Part shown: positions 1 through 12,400 of the stretch, piece after piece
Position numbering within the stretch: the stretch's first letter is position 1
How the letters are laid out: each line of letters starts with the position of its first letter
Assembly (NCBI RefSeq): GCF_964355755.1
Contig: NC_092674.1
Location: 29,636,001-29,700,000, forward strand
Direction: 5' to 3'
Origin: Antedon mediterranea
Taxonomy: Eukaryota; Animalia; Echinodermata
Length of the DNA stretch: 64,000 nt
Made by a program: the position numbers and the translations under genes
Notes under the pieces: generated by a model
Seen by the model: only the letters and a program-made list of their open reading frames with translations
The model's database searches: none
What the model was told of the DNA's origin: nothing

Positions 1-326
1 CGCGAACTACGTCAAACGCGCAAATACTGGGTTAAAAAAGCGCGAACGAGCAAACTCAACAATTTGAAAAAAAGAAAGATGTCTACAATGGTTTATGTTA
101 ATGACATTTTCGAAACCAATTATGGCATTTAGGCCTATAATATTAAGTATGTTATTATACATTTAATCATGACATTACGTAGCTGTAACAATCACGATTG
201 AGTATACCACCAATATTTATACAAGGTTGACATAACAATTGTGCACATATGATATTTAATTCATGTGTTAACAAAATCAAAATAATTTAATTATATTTAA
301 AAGAAAATGATGTAGAGCGCCGTTTA

Positions 327-467
327 AGCTTGTGTTCACACTCTGAAGCAACGCACTATGAAGTACGCATCCAATTACAAGCGGCAGTTCGAATCTATCG
401 CGTCGAAACTTGACTGTGTTGCGCTTACGTTACGTCCTTGCGTTTCATCCTAGTGGGGTCGGAAGCT
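327..467. mobile_element. Palindromic MITE family B (PIF/Harbinger-like); related copies at ~1161-1290, ~1294-1375 and ~4446-4581
   Basis: Termini resemble agcttggttcccactag...ctagtgggaaccaagct, with an internal acgcaacgcaag / cttgcgttgcgt inverted motif. TTA or TAA flanks both sides at 327-467 and 4446-4581. Confidence 0.6.
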
Positions 468-2020
468 TTAACTCGACAATGATAGTGGTTGATTTTTCAC
501 TTTCAATGAAATTCAACCTGTTAAAATTATTCACTTGTCCATATATAGGCTTAAAACAGAATAGAAAAGAATAAGTCATTGTTTTCAAGTTTATTAAACC
601 GTTGTTATTGTCAAACTACATTCCATACTTATGATTGAGCCAATTCAGCCTTTGAATTGTGGTATTAATACGTACACAAACGCGTGAGTGTATTGCGGAA
701 GACCCCCGATACGCTTGGACGAATTGGTAACGGTCAGGTGAACATATTGCGGTTAATCAAAGTTAAATAAATATATCACAAAGTAGTGCCGATGTATAGA
801 GGGCAATATTCGCACCTAATCCTACCGTCTATCTACAAACGTAATAAAGTTCCGAGTGTACAATCAATTCAACAATACAACGATAAATAGTAAACAGCTG
901 TAGCACTATTTCGATATAAGTTAAGATATTGCCCCATTGAATAAAAATCTCGTTTTAAAAATGTGTTCTTGAATATTGAATACAAAAAAGTTGAACCAAT
1001 TTTGCGGAAGTGAATAACTTTATTAAAACTACAAAATGGTCTATTCAACAGTAGTCTTCTTTAACACCAAACATTATTTACTACCAGCTTTATAAGTGCA
1101 GAAAATGATTTATATTTTGCTATAATGGTAAACACTTCAGCTGCTGAACAAACGATTTTAAAGCTTGAACGCAACGCAAGAAAGTAAGCAGCGCATCGCG
1201 CGGTAATTTGACCAATCACGATGTGATCCAAAACTGTGATTGGTCAACTCAGTGAGTTGCGCTCCGTCACTGCGTTGCATCCAAGTCTACTAAAGCTTGG
1301 TTCCCACTAGAGACGCAACGCAAGGACGTAACGCAACATTAGTGATTTGTCATTGGTCAACTCACTCGTCAATACGTCACATCCTGTACGAACATAAGGT
1401 GAACGTACAGTTAGTCAATAATTATACTGAACCCTTGTTTATATCATTAATATTAGTTTGTGTATGCGGCGGAAAACAAATGAGTATTAGGCCTACTTAT
1501 CTTATCATCCGGGGTTACGTACGCTGATATAGGCATATAAAAGAGCAAAGAAGTGAGCAGTTATTGGTCTGTAGTCGTCGTAGTCGTTGGGTAAACTGAT
1601 AAAATATCACAGATAATCAAAGATCTAAGCCATTGGACTAGTCTTCATAGTTAAAGGTAAGTCTTTTTCAGTTTTTTCTTTTCTAAAATCATAATTTTGT
1701 AATGATTATTTCCATCTTTTTTAAACGGATAATTGTTTAATACTGCCATATAAGGCTTAGGAGTTATTGTTGTACTTTGGATTCAACAATACAGCAATGT
1801 ATAACAGAGATAATAGTGATTTTTCTTGATTCAGAAAATGAATGTCCTATGGATATTTTATAGTAATACACTGTATGCTTACAAAAAAAGTTCTTTAATT
1901 TTGGAAATTTCCAATAAGATTGTTATCATAGGTTCTCGCAAATTGGACACTGGCAAAATTAAAGATACAGCTTGTAACTGGTAGGCCTACACGTCACATC
2001 GGTTTATTTCATTTTTCTAA

Positions 2021-2182
2021 AGCTCTGCCATTATCAAACTTTATGTGGCAAAAAATGTGATGTGCCCATATATGGACATGATGATTTCATATCACTACCA
2101 TATTTAAGCATACCGCTACCATATTTGGGCACATCACACTTTTTTTTGTCAAACTAGTAGTACGGTATGAGTAGTTTGATAG
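2021..2182. mobile_element. MITE family A copy (PIF/Harbinger-like, AGCTCTGTCTACACTATCAAAC termini)
   Basis: Same ~140-bp near-palindromic element is seen about 18 times: ~2021, 9766, 11041, 11964, 12482, 14166, 16648, 17189, 21995, 22800, 42582, 47925, 50587, 50979, 53704, 57424, 57707, 63531. Confidence 0.75.
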
Positions 2183-2900
2183 TTTATTTTTACGAACATT
2201 CTGTGCTGCGCATACGGACGACTGAGGACTGACCGCCGGTATTTGTACGTGCGCGTCAACTTTGTGATGTCAATGACATGACCGTTTGAAGTTGCCATCT
2301 TGTTTGCGGTACGATTCGTTATCATTAATTCCATATATAACTATTGATAAAAGTAACGTATACTGCAAACAGTTTAGTATCATGCGATTCCAGTTTTAGC
2401 CGCTCCACCCAAAAACCTGCGGTCTATATTTGATTACATGCGACATTGGTTAGTTCTAAGGGGATGGACGCTGTGAGGTCATGGCCTTTAAAATAATAGT
2501 ATAATCAATTCTGGATAACATGATAATTGTGTTTAAATTTGGATCAAACAAATATTCAATGATTGATTGATATGATATAGGTCAATTCAACAGTGAAAGA
2601 TTTACTTTCTGGTGAACCGAGTTTTTTCCGTTGCAAAAATAAAAAAAAATTATTAACAGTCACGTATACCTGTAGTAGGCCTATACGGTATTCGAATGAA
2701 AATTCATAGAAAATCTAAAAATTACTTTATATGCCCACATTGAGGGTGAAAACAGTTCGCCAAGTAAAATCCAATAAATGTAATTGAAAACTAACTTATG
2801 CCACACGTAGTGGTTTATTGGTAAGCGAGTTTGAGTCGCGATTTAATGGAATTTTTGTTTGCTTTGTGTTTCAAGTTTTCAGTCCAAGTTTTCAATAACG

Positions 2901-5826
2901 ATGTCCGAGAAGAAGTCAATGCCAGATTACAGTGACCTAGAGTTCAAGGCTGGGTCAGATGTCCACGTCTGGGACGGTGTCATCTACCCCTGGTTCGTAC
3001 ACGCCAAGACCCTGGATGCCATGGCGGATTTTAAAGTTCGCACCGATGATGTTTATGTCGTTTCATTTCCAAAATCAGGTAAATATAAAATATAACCCAT
3101 TGAAGCACCACCGCTGTCAAAGGGAATCGTGATGAGTTAACTTTAGGGTGTGTATTATAACCAGACGTGTCTCGTTTGAAGGGCCTGTGTGTAAGTTAGT
3201 TACCATTACCAACAATTAAACTTAATATTGACTAAAATGTATCCACTTCATTTAGCTATATTCGGCTGACAAGAAGACTGGAGCATGCTCGTGGAAAGAC
3301 TTAACATTAACTCTAGTCCTAGTACTAACGTTAATGCGCATGCTCCTGTTTTTGTGTTACCTGCTCTATTTGAACAATGACAAACTTCAATTTTACTTGT
3401 TTTATGTAAAGATAATTTCATTAAAGTTTTATCGTATCGTATCCTGTCCTCATTCTGACGGTTCAAATATACCTGAAGGATGGTGGATTTCGATCCTTGT
3501 GGAAGCTCATGAAACTTCGGTATTCGAGCTGAGACAACGAGTATTAATAAATTGTGGCACACAGTTCCAACTTTTCTTGATGGTTACCCAAATATTATTT
3601 CAATCCAGGCACAACATGGACACAGGAGATTGTGTCGCTGATCAAAAACAATGGTGAACCAGACAACACGATAAAAAACAAACACGTAGAAGAGCGCGTA
3701 CCACATTTGGAAATGAGCACCGCAGTTCCCGGGACAATCTTGTATCCGCGCATTGCTGCGATGCCAGAAGACAAGCCTAGGCTCATCAAAAGTCATCTGT
3801 CGTACCAGCATATGCCAAAGGATTTCCTTGTCAAGAAACCAAAGGTAAGGTTCAACCATCAGTGTGGACGTCCGATAAGTTTTAAACGTAAATACACTTT
3901 TACTACCTGTACTACGTGCCATCGACCATCTATATAGTAATGTCACAGTGCGCCCCGTATTAGTAATGTCACAAAGTGCGCCCCAAATTAATAATGTCAC
4001 AAAGTGCGCCCCGTATTAAGACTTGTCAATTCTACGTAGTAGGCCTACTCGGCCGGTGTAATAAGTGGGGTTGTTATCAAGGAATAGAACAACTATACCC
4101 GGTGCTGAATTTTTAAAGTTTTTTTATTCGTCCACAGATTGTGTATATTGCTAGAAACTACAAAGATGTTTCTGTGTCTGGCTACAGCTTTCTGCGCATG
4201 TACAAAGCGTTCGATATTGGTTCGTGGAAAGAATTTTGTGAAGGTATTCTGATGAGAGAAATGAGTGAGTAAAATATTATTATAAACATGGAGCTATACA
4301 TTTTATAGACCCATGCTTTAAATTATAGTTCCGGCTATAAAATGTCTATTTTTATAATAAAATAGAAAAAATACGCCTCTTTAACACTAGGAAGTATTAC
4401 TTTAAAAGGAGTTTTTAACAATGTTTGTTTTGCTTAATCGTTGTAAATCTTGGTTCCCACTAGGACGCAACGTAAGGATGTAGACGCAACGACCAATGAC
4501 AAGCGACCGTTCGAATAATCCATCGGTTGTGATTGGTAAAATCCCTTACGTTGCGTTACGTCTCTAGTGAGAACCACGCATTAAAAAATGTTGGAAAATA
4601 AGTGGGATTATTTGTGGTTGTTCTGTCTTCACAGCGCCTTATGGTCCATGGGCAGCACACGTGTTAGGCTGGTGGCAACACAGACACGACGACAATGTTC
4701 TATTTTTAAAATACGAAGATTTGAAGAAGGTATTGTATGATAGGTCTTTGAAAATAATGTGTTCCCAAATTGATAGATTGAACGCAACCAACATATAGAC
4801 AGCATCGTACGACGAGGCCCGACAAGTTGTCGGGAGAAATTAAACATGTTTAAAGTTCTTCTGACGACCTAAAATCTCAAGACTACTCGTCTTGTCGGGA
4901 TTCAACTCAGACAGCACCGACGAGTCAAGACGTTTAGTCGTGCCTCGTCGTGTACGACGCTGTCTGAGTTGGTGAACATGGCAATCTAAACAAATAGTTT
5001 GCAAGAATGCGTGATGATTTGTTCATACAACCAAATCTGTTTTTTTGTTTGTAGGACTTGCGGGGTGGTATTGTTAGGATCGCAGACTTCTTGGGAAAGG
5101 ACCTCTCAGACGATGCCATAACAAAGACGGTTGAACACTGCAGCTTTGAGACCATGAAGAAGAATCCCATGACAAACTTCACAGGGTTGGATGCATTTGA
5201 TCACAAGGTGGCGCCGTTTATGAGGAAAGGTGAGTACTGTATGAATGTTAAATATAATATCTGGTTAATTGTACATAAATCAAATATTTGTAACAGAAAT
5301 CAAGACGAAAAAACAAAATTCTGCTATAAAAACCTGGAAAACTTTTTTTTAGTAGTTATGTAGTTTAACCTAATGTAACAACATGTCTGATGACTCCCTA
5401 GAAGGTGAAAAAAGATGCTGGATAAATTTTGCTATAGCATGAAAATAAAAATATGAAGTTGAATAAAAATACCAGAAACGTAAAATCCATGTTATATTTT
5501 TCCCCGATATTGCGATATTTTCCCCCAATCTTCAATTTAATTTTGTGTTTCTTAATGTCAACCATTACAGAGCGGCTGAGCTTTGACTGTTGCTTTTTAT
5601 CGTTTCACATTGACTGCACAGCAATATACACAAAAAAAAAACAAATGCTTATGATATATACAAAATATCACTGTATATAAAACTTTATTTGATGTTCATT
5701 TTACAACTTGCAGGTGGCACGGGAGACTGGAAGAATTGGTTCACAGTGGCACAGAATGAGACCATGACAAAATTGATCGACGAAAGACTTTATGGTACTG
5801 GCCTGGTGTTCGACTACGATCCATAG
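2901..5826 (+). CDS. Cytosolic sulfotransferase (SULT1-like), 6 coding exons: 2901-3078, 3609-3844, 4138-4264, 4635-4729, 5055-5229, 5714-5826
   Basis: Splicing at GT-AG sites joins the 5'-PSB loop (VVSFPKSG|TTW), RLIKSHL, the 3'-PB motif (IVYIARNYKDVSVSGY), PYGPW..HVLGWW, LFLKYEDLKKD and the C-terminal FMRKG|GTGDWKNWFTVAQNE. These are hallmark PAPS-binding motifs. A probable 5'-UTR exon ends near 1656 (AG|gtaagt). Confidence 0.93.
3938..4018. repeat. ~28-bp tandem repeat x3 (taatgtcacaaagtgcgcccc) in a SULT intron
   Basis: Direct reading of the sequence. Confidence 0.75.
4795..4975. mobile_element. Interspersed repeat family C; inverted copy at ~15305-15425
   Basis: The reverse complement of 4840-4920 (gtgctgtctgagttgaat...gtcttgagat...ggagaactttaaacatgtttaa) matches 15325-15420. 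Confidence 0.6.
5240..5497. mobile_element. Partial copy of the TTAA-flanked non-autonomous element also found at 27992-28594
   Basis: About 250 bp of near-identity (ttaaatataatat.tggttaattgtacataaat...tgctatagcatgaaaataaaaat.tgaagttgaataaaaata) with 28014-28320. Confidence 0.7.
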
Positions 5827-6536
5827 ACACTAGCCACACACAGGAGTATTAATAGGTACTTGGTCCGAATGCAAACAATACGTTGATTATTACCCAGAGT
5901 GTGAAACAATGAAACGGTAATAAATATGATTCGTCAGTTTGGCAACGTTTTAAACATGTGGAAAACATGTGGACAATATGTGAACAACATGCAGACAATT
6001 TTAGATATAACGTTACAGGAAAAAGTAAACATTTCAATAGAGAGTATATGAAATAAAAACTTGTTATTAATGAACTACGGTTTCTCTTGTTGATATCATA
6101 ATCTCTAAAAAGTTTAAATTGAAATGTAGTTTGATACTAAGTTTTATAACGAAGTTAGTTTGGTCCCAGTAAAACAAAATTGTGCAGAGAGGAGAATTAT
6201 ATAAACTGCGCTCGACACAAACACGTCTGACTTACTCCATTAGGAACACACCTTAGCAATGATAGCAAAAATAACACAATTGAGTTAAGCATAACATATT
6301 TTATTTCATGATAAATACAGTAAAAACTCTAGCAGCATCAACAAATAAAGGCGGCAAAATGTACTGGGTTTGACGCTTATCACAGAAAACATGTATAATT
6401 TGTTCTGGGTACACACATACAATCCGAGCATAATTATAGTTTAACTAGATTTCTAAAAGCACCACTAATAAACAACAATAAACCAATATAAGGCCAACAG
6501 TTGCTTGGAAGTACAATACAGTACTGAAACATTTAT

Positions 6537-7002
6537 AACAGTTATAGCCACGACCAGTTGTAGCCACGACCAGTTGTAACCCCAAACCAGTTGTAGCCAC
6601 AACCAGTTGTTGCCACGACCAGTTATAGCCACAACCAGTTATAACCACAACCAGTTATAGCCACAACCAGTCTGGCCACACCAGTTATAGCCACAAACAG
6701 TTATAGCCACAACCAGTTATAGCCACAACCAGTTATAGGAACAACCAGTTATAGCCACGACCAGTTATAGCCACGACCAGTTATAGCCACGACCAGTTAT
6801 AGCCACGACCAGTTATAGCCACAACCAGTTATAGCCACGACCAGTTATAGCCACAAACGGTTATAGCCACGACCAGTTATAGCCACAACCAGTTATAGGA
6901 ACAACCAGTTATGGCCACGACCAGTTATAGCCACGACCAGTTATAGCCACAACCAGTTATAGGAACAACCAGTTATGGCCACGACCAGTTATAGCCACGA
7001 CA
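6537..7002. repeat. 16-bp minisatellite (accagttatagccacg)n, roughly 28 copies
   Basis: Period 16 is visible directly (ttatag at 6781, 6797, 6813). Confidence 0.92.
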
Positions 7003-9011
7003 GTACACAAGGTATAAGCCCATCTCCGAACCTTGCCGAAAAAAAAACCCCAATAAATAATGGGATTAATCGAGGGTGAGTTTATAGCATGTGTTAGCAC
7101 GGTCAACTTTTAAATTCCTGTCTTGTATCACATGGTCTAAGAATGTTCAAAAGTATCTAAAAGTATCATTCACCTATGATTTTACCCACAATTCATCTGA
7201 TTTCCTGACTCCGCCTCCTTCACCTGTACTCAAGTTTTTGTGATAAAACATCCCATACATTTCATTTAGTATTCCATTATCATACGGTTTACATTTAAAT
7301 ACATTTTTATCTATAAAATATTTTCACACAATTGGCATATCTTTACTAAAGACCTACAACAAGAATATGGAAGCAGGGAAGAGAATGTAACCTCACTCTT
7401 ATCTGATGCAAGGAAAAGAAATGAAAATACAGTAATCAGAAAATGCAACACACATAACAGATATACAATATACAGAGTCATGACTGCAGCAGAGCATCAA
7501 TACAATCAGTGTAAACATTCTATAAACTGACAACATATACCAAATACATGGACACAGTATCATGTCCATTGACAATAAACAGTCTGCAGTATCGTGTCTG
7601 TTGATGCCAACCTTCATCCCACATGGGCTGGTGTGAGAACCAAGACTATAGGTTAAATAAGTTAAGATTTAGGTGTCAGTCATAGATGGAGGTGTTGCTG
7701 TCAGCAGAGATGATACTACAGACTATTGTTGCTATCGTACGAGAATCGATTGATACTTGATAAATAAACTACTTGTCCTCCCTGCTCTCCTTAATATTAT
7801 TCTATTACAACTATTCACTACCCACTTCTCTTACCTCTTGCTTTATCAAATTAGCCTAACATATTTATTTACAGTATTATTGAAAATTAATTATTAACAG
7901 AATTACGAAAACTGAAAGAATAAACGTTTAGAGCAATTTAAAGTCAACAATATTTGTACAATATCCATCCTTGTTGAAAACATAAATTAATTGGTTCTCT
8001 AAAACATAAAACAATCATGCTAGTAGCTTAGTGATATTTCTCCATGGTGCTGGTAAACAACAGATAGTAAGCCTCTAAACCACTAGATTGGACCGCACTA
8101 TGTAGGCCTAACATTCAAACTCTCTTAACAATACAATATGAAATTGTAATTGTAAAAAAACGTCTTTGTTTTTTAAAACAATATACAACAAAAAATCAGA
8201 AACAGAACACTGTTAATTCCAAGGTAGAAACAAAATTTTAAGATAAAAATAAAATTGACAATATGGCATACAGATATTATATAGTGAACATCTCTATAAA
8301 CATATCCAACAAATATCCAGCAATACACTAATACACATGCCTACAAAACAAACAGCATTGTGATAGCTTCAGACTTGACCAAGTCTCTAGTTAGTGTTTA
8401 TTTTATAACTTTGTTTTGTATTCCTTTAAAAGTTAGTTCCATCAGTGGGCATTTTGATTGTTGTTGTTCACTTAAGTAAATACCGGCTCAAGTATAGGTA
8501 TGACACACCATGTGTGCCAAGGGCTTTTTAAAATGAGTATTAAACTGAATCGCCATCTAGACTCTATACTATTAAGATAGCTTCTGTAACTATACCTACT
8601 CTTCACAAAGGAAACAGTATTTCTGACTAATAATATCAAAAGCTTTTAAAACTTTTATAAAAAAATTAATTTATTTAGTAAATGAGTTTTCAAAAAATGT
8701 AATGCAAGACGAATAACACAAACATAGTGCAACACTATTAGTGTTAATGTATTAAATTAAATTAGAATACTTAGTTTATAAACTAAGTAACTAGAACCAA
8801 TACAAATGTAAAGATCTTAGCACACAAAATAAATTTATTGGTAAATTAGGGTTTAATGAGGCTTCACTCTACAATATTGCATCAAGCCACAGATAGTATT
8901 GATTTACTGCAAAACACCTAGACACAGAAAAACAAACTCTAAACCAAAATAATAAAATAAATAATTTTTAAATTGGAGACAAAGAACAAGACCTCCGGGA
9001 ATAACAAAAAA

Positions 9012-9110
9012 CAGGTACTCTTTCAAGACCAGGTACTCTTAAAGACCAGGCACTCTCTCAAGACCAGGTACTCTTAAAGACCAGGTACTCTTTCAAGACC
9101 AGGTACTCTC
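9012..9110. repeat. ~19-bp tandem repeat (aagaccaggtactctt) x5, downstream of the ATRX stop codon (probable 3' UTR)
   Basis: Direct reading of the sequence. Confidence 0.8.
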
Positions 9111-9461
9111 CAAAAACTTAGAATTCTACCAACTCTTTAAATGTAATCTGGAAAGTGTGAGTTTCAGTGCGAGTACAATACAGAGGTGATACGACACAAC
9201 TTATTACCCTTCAATAAAGTTAGGAATCATGTCAAAATTTCACCTACTGCATTTACTGCAGTAATTTTTTACTGTAATAAAGTATGGTTTAAGTTTGTTT
9301 CAATAAAAATGCAGTCAGTGCAATAAACAGTGTGTATGTGTATCAAAAACAAGCTTGCTAAATACTTGAGAGAGTAAACAAGATTAAAGGTGGTTTCTTC
9401 ATTTCTATAAGAATAAAAGGATGTTGTGCAATAAAGTGTTACAAAATTTGTTACAAATGTT

Positions 9462-12400
9462 TCATTTTGATTTCTTAGATGTCGGCCCATTACCTGCAGG
9501 AGGATCATCATCATCATCAATAATTTCTACAATGGTTGGACCGCTGGACGTTGACGACGACGCAAGATTCCTCATCCTACTGAACATGTTAGAAACGCTT
9601 GTCCCGAATTGTTGCTGTTGTTGCTTGCGTTGCGTCTCCGCAATAGCGGCTTGCATCGCAAGCAGGTTTTGTTGAACCGCGTACCTTTGTTGATTCAGAT
9701 CGTGAACACTCTACAATTAAAACAGATTTTGTTGAAAATAAATAGTTCCATTTGGGCAACATTAAAGCTCTGTCTACACTATCAAACTTTATGTGACAAA
9801 AAAATGTGAGGTGCCCATATATGGACATGATGATGTCATATCACTACTGTATTTGGGCATATTACTACCATATTTGGGTACATAATTAGTGCAATTACCA
9901 GAATTATTAACATACATTCAGCTATAAAATGTTCTCAGGAATGAAGTATAAAATAAGCAATACTAAATTGTAAAGCACTCGTACTTACAGGCATTGTATA
10001 CACACTCTGTTGAGCAGTGCGAGCATACTGTAACACAAACAACAACAACAAATGTTACAATAGATGCACTCATTATTTAAACATAATAACATTGTATAAA
10101 ACTGACTCCAAACTACAAGTGGGAAAACAGGATTCAACGTTTCGATCTAATTTGAACTATGGTATGTTAAAAACTGAATATTAAAAGGCTTTATTTGTCC
10201 ATTATCATCATAAAATAACAATAGAAATTCTTTTTAAATGTTACAATGGTGGTTTAAAAAATAAATATCAATACTTGCATGTAGATTTTACATTGGCAAT
10301 GTACAGTATGTAGAGGTAGAGTAACCAAATACATTACATATAAACAACTTACCTGTTGCTGCAATATAGGGTTCAACATCCTCTGGCCTGTTAATAGAGT
10401 ATTGTGACCCTGTTGATACAAGTGCTGAAAAAAATATTTTAAAATAAAAACTATGAAAATATTTAATTTAAGCTAGGGAATTGTATAAAATATTGAAAAT
10501 CTACCTCTTAATACAATTGCAAACCTATAAAAAATATCCTACCCCATATTGATGCATTACCTACAAAACTTAAGCTAGGAAAACCTATCAAATATCTAAA
10601 AAAGCCTACCCAATATTGTTGCATTACTTACAAAACTTAGGAAAGCCTATAAAATACGGAAAACCTATAAAATATTGAAAAAATCCTACCCCATATTGCT
10701 GCATAAACTGCGCATTTGCAGCCGCTACCCCAGGTTGCATATTATGCATTTGGAGCTGTACACGCCCTTCTTTCTCAGCTTCATAATCTTTCCACGCTTC
10801 CTTTCTTTCTTCTTCAGTCAATTCTTCCGCAATTTTGTTCTCCAAGAGGGAGTCATGTTCATGATACTTGACGATCCAATCAGCTTGGTTCTTTAGGAGT
10901 TCAGCAAGAATAAAATCCTGAAAGAGGGTTTTAAATTCTCAGAATATTTTTTTTATTCATATAAAAACTTATTTCATATTGTGTGACCTAGCCAAGCATG
11001 ATTGCAGTAGTTATTGGGGTAGTTTTTTTTCCAAATCTAAAGCTATGTCTACACTATCACACTAAGGTGTCCAAATATGGTAATGATATGCCATCATCAT
11101 GTCCATATATGGGCACATCACATTTTTTTGTCACATAAAGTTTGATAGTGCTTTACATATACAACAGATTTAAACATTCAATGAATATTTGAACATACTT
11201 TTGGCAGAGTTGGAGTGGGTCTTTCAGGCCGGTTGGGATCATCTAAACGATCTGGAGTAAAATTATACAGTTCAGAAAGATCGTTTGATGTGAAATGTCT
11301 TTCGATTTGATGTTCATCTACGACACGTTGGGATAAAGATTGCTTTGTAACCTATCAAAGAAAAATATATGAATATGGTTAAGTTTTAGGTTATTAGCTT
11401 ATCCAATTCTCTCCATTAAAACCGTTTCAGATAGACTATTCTGTACTTTAAAAAATGCTTTGCGTAACAAATTCTTACCTAAAATTTTTTCAAATACTAA
11501 AGTACAATTAGACATTTTTAACTTTAAAAAAAATCAATACACCTACCTGACGTTCATAAATTTTCTCTTCCATAGTACCCTAATATAAAGAATTAAAAAT
11601 ATGCATTTTAATAAATATATTAAATCAATATAAACGTTTTTTAATTGAATAAAAAATATGCATATTTTGTTGATTAATCTAATCAGCTAAGCCCCGACAT
11701 TGAGAGACTTCCAGAACCTACCTGTGCCACCAAACGGTATATATAGACAGCTTTCGTTTGGCCGAATCTATAAACTCTAAATATGGACTGTATATCATGA
11801 CTAGGGTTCCATGATGCATCAAATAAAATTACTCGATTTGCTGCCACCAGATTTGTGCCCAGCGACCCGGCTCTTGTTGAGATTAAAAATAGACGAGATC
11901 TAAAGAGAAGAAAATATATCATCACATCCACACTTCTTTGCTGTACTAATTTTTAATATCTTAAGCTCTGTCTACATTATCAAGTATAAGTGACAACAAA
12001 AATAAGATGTGCCCATATATGGACATGATGATGTCAAATCACTATCATATTTAGGCACATCAGACCTTTTTTGTCAAACTAGTTTGACAGTGTGGACAGA
12101 GCTTTATGAATGTCAATACATTAAATATCAACATGTTTACCTTAGGTCATCTGGGTCATTGAATATGTCAGCCCATCGCGCCCGCATTTGTGGGGCAGTG
12201 GATCCATCCATACGAAAGTAGTCTACTCCTTTGACCCATGACCCAGTTCCAGCAATCTAAAATGTAAAAAAAAAAGATGTATGGTATTGAGTTTTAGTTT
12301 TTTTGAAAAGGATTTAGTATTTTGAGAGGTTATTACTAATGAATGAATACACCAAGTTATTTGTGTATGGCTAACACCATTTTGAATGGCAGGCTCTGAC

